Origin: Alphaproteobacteria bacterium
Lineage (GTDB): Bacteria > Pseudomonadota > Alphaproteobacteria > CADEGL01
Assembly: GCA_026400755.1 (NCBI GenBank)
Contig: JAPLOM010000026.1
Span: 928-64,927 of the forward strand
Direction: 5' to 3'
DNA length: 64,000 bases
Positions 30,630 to 40,284 of this stretch are shown piece after piece (positions within the stretch are counted from its first letter, which is position 1; the number at the start of each line of letters is the position of its first letter). A program made the position numbers and the translations under genes. Below the pieces are notes generated by a model. That model had not been told where the DNA came from. It searched no databases and saw only the letters and a list, made by a program, of their open reading frames with translations.

Positions 30630-32252
30630 ATGAATCGCTACGACTACATCATCGTCGGCGCAGGCACGGCGGGGTGCGTGATCGCGTCGCGTCTGTCGGA
30701 GGACCCGAAGCTGCGCGTGCTGCTGATCGAGGCGGGGCAGCGGGACACGCATTGGTCGATCCGCATCCCCTCGGCGATCGGGCGCAATTATAAGAGCGGC
30801 CCGTTCAACTGGGGGTTCTGGAGCACGCCGCAGAAGCACCTGAACGACCGCGTCATCGTGCAGGCGCGCGGGCGCGTGTTGGGCGGCTCGTCCTCGGTCA
30901 ACGGCATGGTTTACCTGCGCGCCCACGCGCTGGATTTCGAACGCTGGGTCGAGGAAGGCGCCGCGGGCTGGTCGTATGCCGACGTGCTGCCCTATTTCCG
31001 GCACATGGAGCGGTTCACGGGCGGCGCCAGCGAATACCGCGGCGACAGCGGCCCAGTCACGGTGCGCAAGGGCGTGCCCAGCCATCCCGTCAACCAGGCC
31101 TTCCTGCGCGCGGGCGAACAGGCGGGATACGGCTTGACCGACGACGTGAACGGCTTCCGCCGCGACGGGTTCGGAAGCTGGGACATGAACATCGACCAGG
31201 GCGTGCGCGCCAGCTCGGCCTATTCCTATTTGCGCCATGTGCAGCGCGACAATTTGACGGTCCTGACCGAAGCCTTCGCGACACGCATCCTGTTCGACGG
31301 CGACCGCGCCGTGGCGGTGGAATGCCGGCACGGCGGCCAGGTGCATCGCATCGAGGCCGAGCGCGAAATCGTGCTGAGCGCGGGCAGCATCAAGTCGCCG
31401 CATCTGTTGATGCTGTCGGGCATCGGGCCGGCCGACCACCTGCGCGGCCACGGCATCGGCGTGCAGGTGGATGCGCCGGACGTGGGGCAGAATTTGCAGG
31501 ATCACGTCTACCTGTTCCTGCAATACGAATCGAAGCAGGCCATCTGCCTCAACCCCCACGCGCATGGCTGGCGCATGGCGGTGGCGGGCGCGCGCTGGTT
31601 CGCGAACCGCACGGGCCCGGCCGCGAGCAACAATATCGAGGTGGGCGCCTTCTATCGCAGCCGGGCGGATGTGACGCATCCGGACGCGCAGCTTCATTTC
31701 CGGCCGATCCTCTTGGACCCCGACACGTGGGCGCCGTCGCGAAGCCACGGCTATAATTTCAGCCTGGGGCCGAAGCGCCTGACCAGCCGGGGCACGCTGT
31801 CGCTGGCCAGCGCCGATCCCGAAGCCTCTCCGGTCATCGACCCCAACCATCTGGCGACCGAGCAGGATCGCGCGGATTTCCGCCTGCAGTTCCGCCAGAC
31901 GCGCGAGATCGGGATGCAGAAGGCCTTCGATCCCTTCCGCGGGCGCGAGGTGGGGCCGGGCGCCACGGCGCAAACGGACGCCGAGATCGACGCCTATGTG
32001 CGCGCCTACGGCCATAGCTCGTGGCACAACACCAGTTCTTGCCGCATGGGCAGCGACGCGCGCGCGGTGGTGTCGCCGGACCTGAAGGTGCGCGGCGTGC
32101 GCGGGCTTCGCGTGGCCGACACCTCCGTCATGCCCAGCATGATCAGCGCCAACACCAACTGCACCGCCTTCATGCTGGGCGAAAAGGCCGCCGACCATAT
32201 TCGCGGCGGCCCGATGCTGGCGCCGATGAATTTGCCGTTTTGGCGGGGGTGA
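30630..32252 (+). CDS. GMC-family FAD oxidoreductase (choline dehydrogenase-like), copy 1
   Basis: YDYIIVGAGTAGCV FAD motif, GMC signatures, 540 aa. Confidence 0.9.
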   Translation: MNRYDYIIVGAGTAGCVIASRLSEDPKLRVLLIEAGQRDTHWSIRIPSAIGRNYKSGPFNWGFWSTPQKHLNDRVIVQARGRVLGGSSSVNGMVYLRAHALDFERWVEEGAAGWSYADVLPYFRHMERFTGGASEYRGDSGPVTVRKGVPSHPVNQAFLRAGEQAGYGLTDDVNGFRRDGFGSWDMNIDQGVRASSAYSYLRHVQRDNLTVLTEAFATRILFDGDRAVAVECRHGGQVHRIEAEREIVLSAGSIKSPHLLMLSGIGPADHLRGHGIGVQVDAPDVGQNLQDHVYLFLQYESKQAICLNPHAHGWRMAVAGARWFANRTGPAASNNIEVGAFYRSRADVTHPDAQLHFRPILLDPDTWAPSRSHGYNFSLGPKRLTSRGTLSLASADPEASPVIDPNHLATEQDRADFRLQFRQTREIGMQKAFDPFRGREVGPGATAQTDAEIDAYVRAYGHSSWHNTSSCRMGSDARAVVSPDLKVRGVRGLRVADTSVMPSMISANTNCTAFMLGEKAADHIRGGPMLAPMNLPFWRG

Positions 32253-32257
32253 CAACG

Positions 32258-32815
32258 ATGCAGGGCAGCACAGTTATCGAGTGGGTGCTGGTCGGATTGC
32301 TCGGCTACTGGCTGGCCAGGCGGAATTTCAAAAAATACCGCGCGAGCTCAACCCGCACTGATGGGACGTTGAAGGAATTGGTCCGATGGTATTTCTGGCC
32401 CGACATCCGAAACGAAACCGAGGCGCGTAAAGAGTTTGAATCCGTTCGCTCAATTTCGGGCGTCTTCGCGATCATTATGCTGTTGGCCCCAGTCATTATC
32501 CTTGGCTTGAAAGAAGGGTTCTCGCCCAGAGTGCTCGATTCGCATTCGATTTTTTCGCGGTTTGGGGAGTTCTTCTTGGTGTCCTTGGCATTCGCGACGA
32601 TCTGGTATTTCGCGAGACGCGGACGTCAGTGGGTACTTTTCGCGAGCGCTTTGGGTCTCGCCGGTTTCTCAGTGTTTGTCCTCTTGTTTAGTGCCCTCTA
32701 TGAGGGCCACATCGCTCCTTTGGCACCCCTCATTTTCTCTCGATTCTCACTGCGGGGGTTTACAAGTTTCGAGCCTGGATGTGGTTTCGCGATCACCCCG
32801 AAAGCACCCTCGTAA
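32258..32815 (+). CDS. hypothetical membrane protein in low-GC segment
   Basis: 185-aa ORF with 4-5 hydrophobic helices; ~52% GC versus ~68% background; starts 5 nt after GMC stop. Confidence 0.45.
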   Translation: MQGSTVIEWVLVGLLGYWLARRNFKKYRASSTRTDGTLKELVRWYFWPDIRNETEARKEFESVRSISGVFAIIMLLAPVIILGLKEGFSPRVLDSHSIFSRFGEFFLVSLAFATIWYFARRGRQWVLFASALGLAGFSVFVLLFSALYEGHIAPLAPLIFSRFSLRGFTSFEPGCGFAITPKAPS

Positions 32816-32860
32816 CCGATCGCTCCCCGTAAAACGGGTGACGCATACTCCGCTTCGCCC

Positions 32861-33172
32861 TCAGAGCACCCAGAAATCCGCGAACGTCTCCCGCCCGTGC
32901 GCGTGCGGCCTTGGGTCGGCGGCCCGCGCGCGCCGCGCCATCTCCCGCGCGTGGAACAGGACCTTGCGCGCTTCCTTCAGCGCCTCGCGGCCGGCTTTCG
33001 TCAGCGTCACGGTCCGGCCCTTGCGGTCGAACAGCTCGACCCCCAGGCGCGTTTCCAGCTTGCGGATCGAAACGGACAAGGGCGGCTGGGCCATATTGAG
33101 TTTTTCGGCGGCCCGCCGGAAATGCAGGATTTCGGCCAGGGTCACGAATTGTTCAAGCTGCCGGAGATACAT
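32861..33172 (-). pseudogene. truncated LysR-family regulator (HTH domain only)
   Basis: 103 aa with intact LysR HTH (FRRAAEKLNMAQPPLSVSIRKLE) but no substrate-binding domain; divergent from the luciferase-like gene. Confidence 0.55.
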
Positions 33173-33336
33173 TGATACTCACCAGGTATCGGGCCATAGC
33201 CATTTAATATTAGAAGCCGCCCGGCCCGTCCATTAGCGTATCGCCGCCTTGATCCCCCCTTTAACGTCCGGACTTGGCTGCGGGGCCGCTTTCGAGCCCC
33301 GGCCTTCGGACCCTTTTGCGCCTGGAGCACCCCCCG

Positions 33337-34428
33337 ATGCATTTCGGCTATTTCAATCTGATGCAGACCCGCGACCCCGCCAAGCCGCCCAAGGCCGCGT
33401 TCCAGGAGACGTTGGCCCAGGTGAAGCAGGCCGAGGAGATCGGCTTCGAAATGGCGTGGTTCGCCGAGCATCATTTCTCGACCTACAGCGTCTGCGCCTC
33501 GCCCATGGTGGCGGCGGCCTGGATCGCGGGCCAGACCAAGAAGATCAAGCTGGCGCCCGGCGTGCTGCTCCTCCCCCTCTACGATCCCGTCCGGCTGATC
33601 CAGGAGATCGGCATGGTCGACCTGATGAGCGACGGGCGCTTCGTGCTGGGCATCGGCACGGGCTACCAGCCCTACGAGTTCGAACGCTTCAACGTGAACC
33701 TGAAGGAAGGCGGCGACCGCTTCGTCGAGTTCCTCGACATGATGGAACACGCCCTGACCGAAGGGCACTTCAGCTATAAGGGCAAGTACTACACCTATCC
33801 CGACACGCGCATCGCGACCTTGCCCGAGCGGCGCCTGCCCGAGGTGTATGTGGCCGGCGTCTTGAACCACCCCGTCATCCGCAAGCACATCGCCGAGCGC
33901 GGCTATGTGCCGCTGTTGGCCCCGGCCTGGAACCCGATCGGTTTGGTCGAGAAGCAGCTGGAGGGCTATCACGAGGTGGCGCGCGGCGTGGGCGTTTCTC
34001 CGGACAAGTTCCCCTTTTCGGTGATGCGCTTCATCCATGTGACCGACAGCCGCCAGGACGCGCTGGCCGCGGCGGAGAATTTCCGCTTCTCCACCCGCGC
34101 CGCCGTGGCCCTGCGCAACAACTACGGCGAGTTCGACGGCGTCACGCCGCGCGATATCGCGGCCAAGGACGAACCGGCCCTGGAGCAGATCGTCGACAAC
34201 TGCATCATCGGCGATCCGCATCTGTGCGCGGAGAAGATCGTGGCCGAGGCCAAGAAGCTGAACCCGATCCATTTCGCGTGCTTCATGCAGGCCGGCTTCA
34301 CCACCCACGCGCAGGCAAGCCGCAGCCTGGAACGCTTCGGCGCCGAGGTGCTGCCGCTGGTGAAGAAGGCCCTGCCCAACCTGGACAAGATCGGCGCGCC
34401 GCCGGGCCCGCTGCGCGCCGGGTCATAA
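33337..34428 (+). CDS. LLM-class (luciferase-like) flavin-dependent monooxygenase/oxidoreductase
   Basis: Bac_luciferase TIM-barrel signature (MAWFAEHHFSTYSVCASP...GIGTGYQPYEFERF). Confidence 0.85.
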   Translation: MHFGYFNLMQTRDPAKPPKAAFQETLAQVKQAEEIGFEMAWFAEHHFSTYSVCASPMVAAAWIAGQTKKIKLAPGVLLLPLYDPVRLIQEIGMVDLMSDGRFVLGIGTGYQPYEFERFNVNLKEGGDRFVEFLDMMEHALTEGHFSYKGKYYTYPDTRIATLPERRLPEVYVAGVLNHPVIRKHIAERGYVPLLAPAWNPIGLVEKQLEGYHEVARGVGVSPDKFPFSVMRFIHVTDSRQDALAAAENFRFSTRAAVALRNNYGEFDGVTPRDIAAKDEPALEQIVDNCIIGDPHLCAEKIVAEAKKLNPIHFACFMQAGFTTHAQASRSLERFGAEVLPLVKKALPNLDKIGAPPGPLRAGS

Positions 34429-34434
34429 GGCGTG

Positions 34435-34560
34435 TAGGTCTCCCCTCCCCAACGAGGGAGGGGCAAGGGGGAGGGGGTTAACGAGAGTCTTCTCCCCCCC
34501 ACCCAATCGCTCCGCTCGCACCCTCTCCCTCGCTGGGGAGAGGGTCGTTAAGGTGCTCTC
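34435..34560. repeat. REP-like GC-rich palindromic repeat element (copy B)
   Basis: TCTCCCCTCCCC...GGGGAGAGGG imperfect palindromes; related to 28126-28262. Confidence 0.5.
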
Positions 34561-34588
34561 CACTTCGCGCGCACGTCCCGGGGGAATC

Positions 34589-36214
34589 ATGAATCGCTAC
34601 GACTATGTCATCGTCGGCGCCGGCACGGCGGGCTGCGTCATCGCCGCGCGGCTGTCGGAAGATCCCACGCTGCGCGTGCTTCTGATCGAGGCGGGTCAGC
34701 GGGACACGCACTGGTCGATCCGCATCCCGTCCGCCATCGGCCGCAACTATCAGAGCGGGCCGTTCAACTGGGGCTTCCTGTCGACGCCGCAGAAGCACCT
34801 GAACAACCGCGTGGTGGTGCAGGCGCGCGGCAAGGTGCTGGGCGGCTCGTCCTCGGTCAACGGCATGGTTTACTTGCGCGGCCATGCGCTCGATTTCGAA
34901 CGCTGGGTGCAAGAGGGCGCCGCGGGTTGGTCATACGCCGAGGTGCTGCCCTATTTCCGGCGCATGGAACGGTTCACGGGCGGCACAAGCGAGTATCGCG
35001 GCGACACGGGCCCGGTCGTCGTGCGCAAGGGCACGACCGATCATCCGATCAACGAAGCCTTTGTCCGCGCGGGCGACCAGGCCGGTCACGGGCTGACCGA
35101 CGACGTCAACGGCTTCCGCCAGGACGGCTTCGGAAGCTGGAACATGAACATCGACCAGGGCATGCGCGCGAGTTCGGCTCGCGCCTATCTGCGCGGCGCG
35201 GCCGAGCGCAGCAACTTGACCGTGCTGACCGAGGCCTTCGCGACGCAAGTTTTGTTCGACGGCGACCGGGCCACCTCCGTCGAATACCGGCATGGCGGCG
35301 CCCTCCATCGCGCGGAGGCCGAGCGCGAGATCGTGCTGAGCGCGGGCGGCATCAAATCGCCGCATCTTCTGATGCTGTCGGGCATCGGTCCGGCCGATCA
35401 TCTGCGCGAACACGGCATTGGCGTGCGCGTCGATGCGCCCGATGTGGGCCGGAACGTGCAGGATCACATGTACCTGATGCTGCAATACGAATCGAAGGAG
35501 AACATCTGCCTCAACCCACACGCGCGGGGCTGGCGCATGGTGATGGCGGGCGCGCGCTGGTTCGCGACGCGCTCGGGCCCCGCCGCCAGCAACCATATCG
35601 AGGTGGGCGCCTTCTTCCGCAGCAACGGGCAGGTGAGCCATCCCGACTCTCAGATTCATTTTCGGCCACTTCTGCTCGACCCCGTGACGTGGCTGCCGTC
35701 CAAGGTGCATGGCTACAATTTTGGCGTCGGCCCTCTGCGCCCCACCAGCATGGGCTCGGTCACCCTGGCCAGCGCCGATCCCTACGCCGACCCGATCGTC
35801 GATCCCAACCATCTCGGGACCGAGAAGGACCGCGCGGATTTCCGCACCCAGTTCAAGATGACACGCGAGGTGGGACAGCAGGCCGCGTTCGACCGCTTCC
35901 GCAAGCGCGAGGTGGGGCCCAGCACCGCGGCCCAGACGGATGCCGAGATCGACGCCTTCATCCGCGCCTATGCCCACAGCGCCTGGCACAATGTCGGCGC
36001 CTGCCGGATGGGCAGCGACGCACGCGCGGTGGTGTCGCCGGATTTGAAGGTGAACGGCGTGCGCGGTTTGCGCGTGGCCGACACCTCAGCCATGCCAAGC
36101 ATGATCAGCGCCAACACCAACTGCACCACGTTCATGCTGGGCGAGCGCGCCACCGACATCATCCGCGGCGGCCCCATGCTGGCGCCGTTGAACTTGCCGT
36201 TCTATCGGGGGTGA
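34589..36214 (+). CDS. GMC-family FAD oxidoreductase, copy 2 (paralog of 30630..32252)
   Basis: ~88% nucleotide identity over the 5' 400 bp to copy 1, estimated by eye; same motifs. Confidence 0.9.
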   Translation: MNRYDYVIVGAGTAGCVIAARLSEDPTLRVLLIEAGQRDTHWSIRIPSAIGRNYQSGPFNWGFLSTPQKHLNNRVVVQARGKVLGGSSSVNGMVYLRGHALDFERWVQEGAAGWSYAEVLPYFRRMERFTGGTSEYRGDTGPVVVRKGTTDHPINEAFVRAGDQAGHGLTDDVNGFRQDGFGSWNMNIDQGMRASSARAYLRGAAERSNLTVLTEAFATQVLFDGDRATSVEYRHGGALHRAEAEREIVLSAGGIKSPHLLMLSGIGPADHLREHGIGVRVDAPDVGRNVQDHMYLMLQYESKENICLNPHARGWRMVMAGARWFATRSGPAASNHIEVGAFFRSNGQVSHPDSQIHFRPLLLDPVTWLPSKVHGYNFGVGPLRPTSMGSVTLASADPYADPIVDPNHLGTEKDRADFRTQFKMTREVGQQAAFDRFRKREVGPSTAAQTDAEIDAFIRAYAHSAWHNVGACRMGSDARAVVSPDLKVNGVRGLRVADTSAMPSMISANTNCTTFMLGERATDIIRGGPMLAPLNLPFYRG

Positions 36215-36433
36215 AATCGAATATCGGCGCGCCCGCAAAGACTTACGGAACGATGTTCAAAACCTGCTGAAAATCTGGGTTTTTCGAAAAGGAAAACGTT
36301 CCGCCTCGCCTACGACTTTTTGCCCCCGTTTCGCCATCGTCCGGTCCTTCCTCCGCCCCCGTTGTTTGGGAACCTTCACAGGTACTGAGCCGTTTCTTCT
36401 CCGGGTAACACACGGCTCACAGGGAGAACCCAC

Positions 36434-36661
36434 ATGAACACACTCACCAAGTCTTTGCTGTTCGGAGCCAGCTTGCTCACCGTTTCCGGCGCGGCGTTCG
36501 CGGCCGACCAGAAGCCGCAGCGCACCTGGGTGCAGCCGCCGGCGTGGGTCATGCTGCTGGACCGCGGCGACCAGACGACCACCATCAGCCTCGACCGCAT
36601 GGCCTATGTGGAACAGGCGATCAATCCCGACCGCGAAGCCAACGTCGCGGAAGCGAAGTAG
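36434..36661 (+). CDS. small secreted protein (signal peptide, 75 aa)
   Basis: GGGAGA RBS; N-terminal signal peptide LLFGASLLTVSGAAFAADQ. Confidence 0.45.
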   Translation: MNTLTKSLLFGASLLTVSGAAFAADQKPQRTWVQPPAWVMLLDRGDQTTTISLDRMAYVEQAINPDREANVAEAK

Positions 36662-36681
36662 CGCGGTCATATCCACACCCG

Positions 36682-38103
36682 CTAGGTCCGCTTTTTCACG
36701 AATTCTTCCAGGATCGCCTTCCGGTCCGCGTCCAGATCGGGCGCGGGCCGGACTGTTTTCGGCTACGCCAAACCCACCACCTTGATCGGATTGCCCGCCA
36801 CCGGAATCGAGCCCGCCATGGGATCGTCCACGGTCACGATCATGTTCCGTGCGGCGACTTGCGGCTCCTTCATCATCGCGGCCACGTCGTTGACCGGCCC
36901 GCACGGCACCCCCGCCTCGGTCAGCACGGCAATCCAGTGCGCGGCCGTGGCGTCCGCCACCGCGGATTCTATCTCGGCCTCCAGCGCGTCCACGTTCCGG
37001 TGGCGCAGGGCGTTGGTGAGAAAGCGCGGATCCTGGGCCCACTCCGGACGGCCCAGCGCCTGGGCCATGCGCGCGAACAGCCGGTCATTGGCCGCGGCGA
37101 TCACCATCGGGCGGTCGGACGCCCGATAGGTCTGGAACGGCGCGATCGAGCCGTGGCGCGTGCCGTGGGGAACGGGCGCGTGGCCCGATTGGTGGCAGCG
37201 CACGATGGCATCTTCCAGAAGTGCCACCTGGCAATCCAGCATGGCGATGTCGAGCTTGCAGCCCTGGCCCGATTTTTCGCGGCGGTAAAGCGCCGCGTTC
37301 AGGCCGACGGCCAGATACAGGCCCGCGGCCAGGTCGCCGATCGACGCGCCGACGCGCACGGGCGGGCCGCCCTCGGGGCCGGTCAGGCTCATGATCCCGC
37401 CCATGCCCTGCACCACCATGTCGTAGGCCGCGCGCGCGTGGAACGAGGCCGGCGCGATGTCGCCATAGCCCGTCGTGGTCAGGGTGGTGAAGCTGAAATA
37501 AACGAATTCGTAATAGTGACCCTTGCGCTCGCCCACGATCGCGACGAAAGCGTCAGGCGTCGTCACGTCGATGAAGGCGTAGAACGCCGCCCATAGGATG
37601 CCGATCAGAAGATAGCCGCACACGGCGGCCGCGATCCGGTCCTCCGTCACGGGCCCGCGATGCAGCACATAGGCCAGCACGTTGCCGACCGTGAACACCA
37701 GCGCCAGCAGCACGCCGCACCCGGAGAGATAAAACAGCGATTCGTCACCCGAGGCAAAATAGAGGATCAGCAGCAGATAGGCCGGCGCCGCGAGCGCCAC
37801 GGCGATAACGCGCAGGAGCTTGGTGCGCGTCGCCGAGAAGACGCCCAGGACCAGGACCGCCAGGATGAAGCCGCTGAGCGCTTCCCGGCCGATGGCGGAG
37901 CCGACGAAGAAGGGGTAGCCCAGCAGGAATGCGACCAGCAGAATCAGAAGATAGTGATAGGGCGTGTGCGTGATATGGCTTTTGTGAAGCGCGCGAAGCC
38001 GTTTCATGGCCAGTGCCCCTTCGTCCCTGCCCCCAGCGACGCCTAACACGGTACGGCGCGCGCCCGCGGTCAGTTTAACGCGGAAACCGGACCGCGAGGC
38101 CAT
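36682..38103 (-). pseudogene. chimeric/disrupted ORF: K+-channel pore domain (truncated after TTGYGD) fused to the C-terminal half of a family-III CoA-transferase (CaiB/BaiF), which also carries an in-frame TAG
   Basis: Residues ~35-230 are 5 TM helices plus pore helix and selectivity filter (FSFTTLTTTGYGDIAP) with no inner helix after the filter. Residues ~235-446 match the CoA-transferase III C-terminal half (GIMSLTGPEGGPPVRVGASIGDLAAGLY...) with the N-terminal Rossmann half absent. TAG at 36763-36765 is followed in-frame by the conserved family tail (PKTVRPAPDLDADRKAILEEF) up to a second TAG at 36682. Confidence 0.55.
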
Positions 38104-38192
38104 GCCCGTCCTGTTCGGTATGCGATAGGGCGGCCTGGACCGGTCCGAGGGGCTTGGCTAGAACGGACGGGACCGTGGGGAGGGATGCCGCG

Positions 38193-39353
38193 ATGGGCCT
38201 GCCAACCGATCTGTTCGAGCCGAAATACTACGCCAATGTGCGGCGCCCCGTGGAGGACGCGGAGACGCTGCCGCCCTGGAGCTATGCGGGCAAGGAATTC
38301 TACGCCCGCGAGGTCGAGCGCATCTTCAACAAGACCTGGAATTTCGTCGGCCACGCCGGGCGTATCCCGAACGTGGGCGACTACGACGTGATCGACTATG
38401 CCGGCGCGTCCCTCATCCTGGTGCGCGACCGCGAGGGCCGCCCGCGCGCCTACGCCAATTCCTGCCGCCACCGCGGCGCCGCGATCGCCGAGGGCAGCGG
38501 CAATTGCCGCGCCTTCAAGTGCCCGTACCACCATTGGATTTACGGTCTGGACGGCACGCTGACCGGCGCGCCCGAGATGGAGCACACGCCGGGCTTCAAG
38601 AAATCCGACTACGGGCTGATCGAGGTGAAGCTGGAGCTTTTCGGGCAGCTGATGTTCGTCAACTTCGACCCCAACAGCATCCCGCTGGCCGAATATCTGG
38701 GCGACTTGCCGCAGTTGCTGGCGCCCTACGCGCTCGACCAGTTGAAGCTCGTGCGCCGCACGGAATACGACGTGGCCTGCAACTGGAAGGTCTATGTCGA
38801 GAACTTCATGGACTACTACCACACGCCAACGGTGCACCAGAAATCGCTCGCGTCGGGCAGCCTGTCCGTCTACCACCGCAACCCGCCGACGGCCGAGCGC
38901 GGCAAGGGCGAATACATGGCGCTCTACGCCAAGCACGAGGGCAGCGCCGCGTTGCTGCCGGGCGCCGAGGGTTTCCCGTCCATGCCGACGCTCACCGGCC
39001 GCGCCAAGGACGGCTCGACCTATGCCTGCGTCTTCCCCTGCACGCTCATGGCCCAGACCAAGGATTGCGTCTGGCATGTCGAAATCCATCCCTTAGGACC
39101 GGACAAGATCAGGCTGGCGATCGGCGCCTGCTTCCACCCCGAGACGATCGCGCGGCCCGATTTCGCCGAGACGCTGGAGAACTATTACAAACGCTGGGAC
39201 GTGAGCGTGATCGAAGACAACGAGATCAACGAAATCCAGCAGAAGGGCGTCACCTCCCCCTTGGCCAAGGCCGGCCGGGTTTCGAACTTCGAGGCCCTTT
39301 CCCACATCCACCGCAACTGGGTGCTGGACCGGGTGCTCGGCAACGCGGGCTGA
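38193..39353 (+). CDS. Rieske [2Fe-2S] non-heme iron oxygenase alpha subunit (CntA/GbcA-like)
   Basis: CRHRG-x17-CPYHHW Rieske motif and DYYH...H mononuclear Fe site. Confidence 0.85.
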   Translation: MGLPTDLFEPKYYANVRRPVEDAETLPPWSYAGKEFYAREVERIFNKTWNFVGHAGRIPNVGDYDVIDYAGASLILVRDREGRPRAYANSCRHRGAAIAEGSGNCRAFKCPYHHWIYGLDGTLTGAPEMEHTPGFKKSDYGLIEVKLELFGQLMFVNFDPNSIPLAEYLGDLPQLLAPYALDQLKLVRRTEYDVACNWKVYVENFMDYYHTPTVHQKSLASGSLSVYHRNPPTAERGKGEYMALYAKHEGSAALLPGAEGFPSMPTLTGRAKDGSTYACVFPCTLMAQTKDCVWHVEIHPLGPDKIRLAIGACFHPETIARPDFAETLENYYKRWDVSVIEDNEINEIQQKGVTSPLAKAGRVSNFEALSHIHRNWVLDRVLGNAG

Positions 39354-39466
39354 GGCCCCGGCCCATCCGGGCATGGCTGACATGAAATTCTTGCGTCAAC
39401 CGGCCCTTGGGCTGAGGCCTCCGGCGAACTAGTATTCTCGTAACCTGCAACGGACGAGGACGAGCC

Positions 39467-40252
39467 ATGGCCGCCGCACGCAAGACCAAGGGTAAGACGA
39501 ACGGCAAGAAGCCGAAGATGAGCCCGGAAGAGTGGCAGACGCGGGTCAATCTGGCCGCCTGCTATCGCCTGGTCGCGCTGAACGGCATGACCGACCTGGA
39601 CGCGACCCACATCTCGGCGCGCGCGCCCCACAACCCGGAGCATTTCTTCCTCAATCCCTTCGGCATGCTGTTCCATGAGATCACGGCGTCCTCGCTGGTG
39701 AAGCTCGATCTCGACGGCAACATCGTCGAGGAGAACGAGTACGGCCTGAACCCGGCGGGTGTGGTGATCCACAGCGCCGTCCTGCGTGGCCGGCCGGACG
39801 TGGCCAGCGTGGTGCACACCCACACGCGCGCGGGCATGGCCGTCTCGGCGCAGAAGGACGGGCTTCTGCCGCTGACGCAAACCTCGCTGCGCTTCTACGG
39901 CAAGCTGGCCTATCACGACTACGAGGGCATCGCGGAGCCCGGCGAGGAAGAGCGCCTGGTCGAGCATCTGAGCGACAAGCCCGCCATGATCCTGCGCAAT
40001 CACGGGCTCTTAGCCACCGGCCGTACGGTGCCCGAGGCATATCTGAACATCCACGAGCTGGAGCATGCCTGCCAGGCGCAGATCGACGCGCAGAGCGGCG
40101 GCAACGCGAATCTGCTGATCGTGCCCAAGGACGTGTGCGAGAGCACGGCCCAGCAATACATCCGCTTCACCGGCAACAAGATCCCCGGCGAGCGTGCCTG
40201 GCCCGCCCATCTGCGCACCCTCGACCGCGCCGATTCGTCCTACAAGACCTGA
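39467..40252 (+). CDS. class II aldolase/adducin-family protein, copy 1
   Basis: Aldolase_II fold with conserved His cluster (VVHTHT). Confidence 0.85.
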   Translation: MAAARKTKGKTNGKKPKMSPEEWQTRVNLAACYRLVALNGMTDLDATHISARAPHNPEHFFLNPFGMLFHEITASSLVKLDLDGNIVEENEYGLNPAGVVIHSAVLRGRPDVASVVHTHTRAGMAVSAQKDGLLPLTQTSLRFYGKLAYHDYEGIAEPGEEERLVEHLSDKPAMILRNHGLLATGRTVPEAYLNIHELEHACQAQIDAQSGGNANLLIVPKDVCESTAQQYIRFTGNKIPGERAWPAHLRTLDRADSSYKT

Positions 40253-40284
40253 GCGGCGGGAAACCCACCAACTCCGAGGCAATA

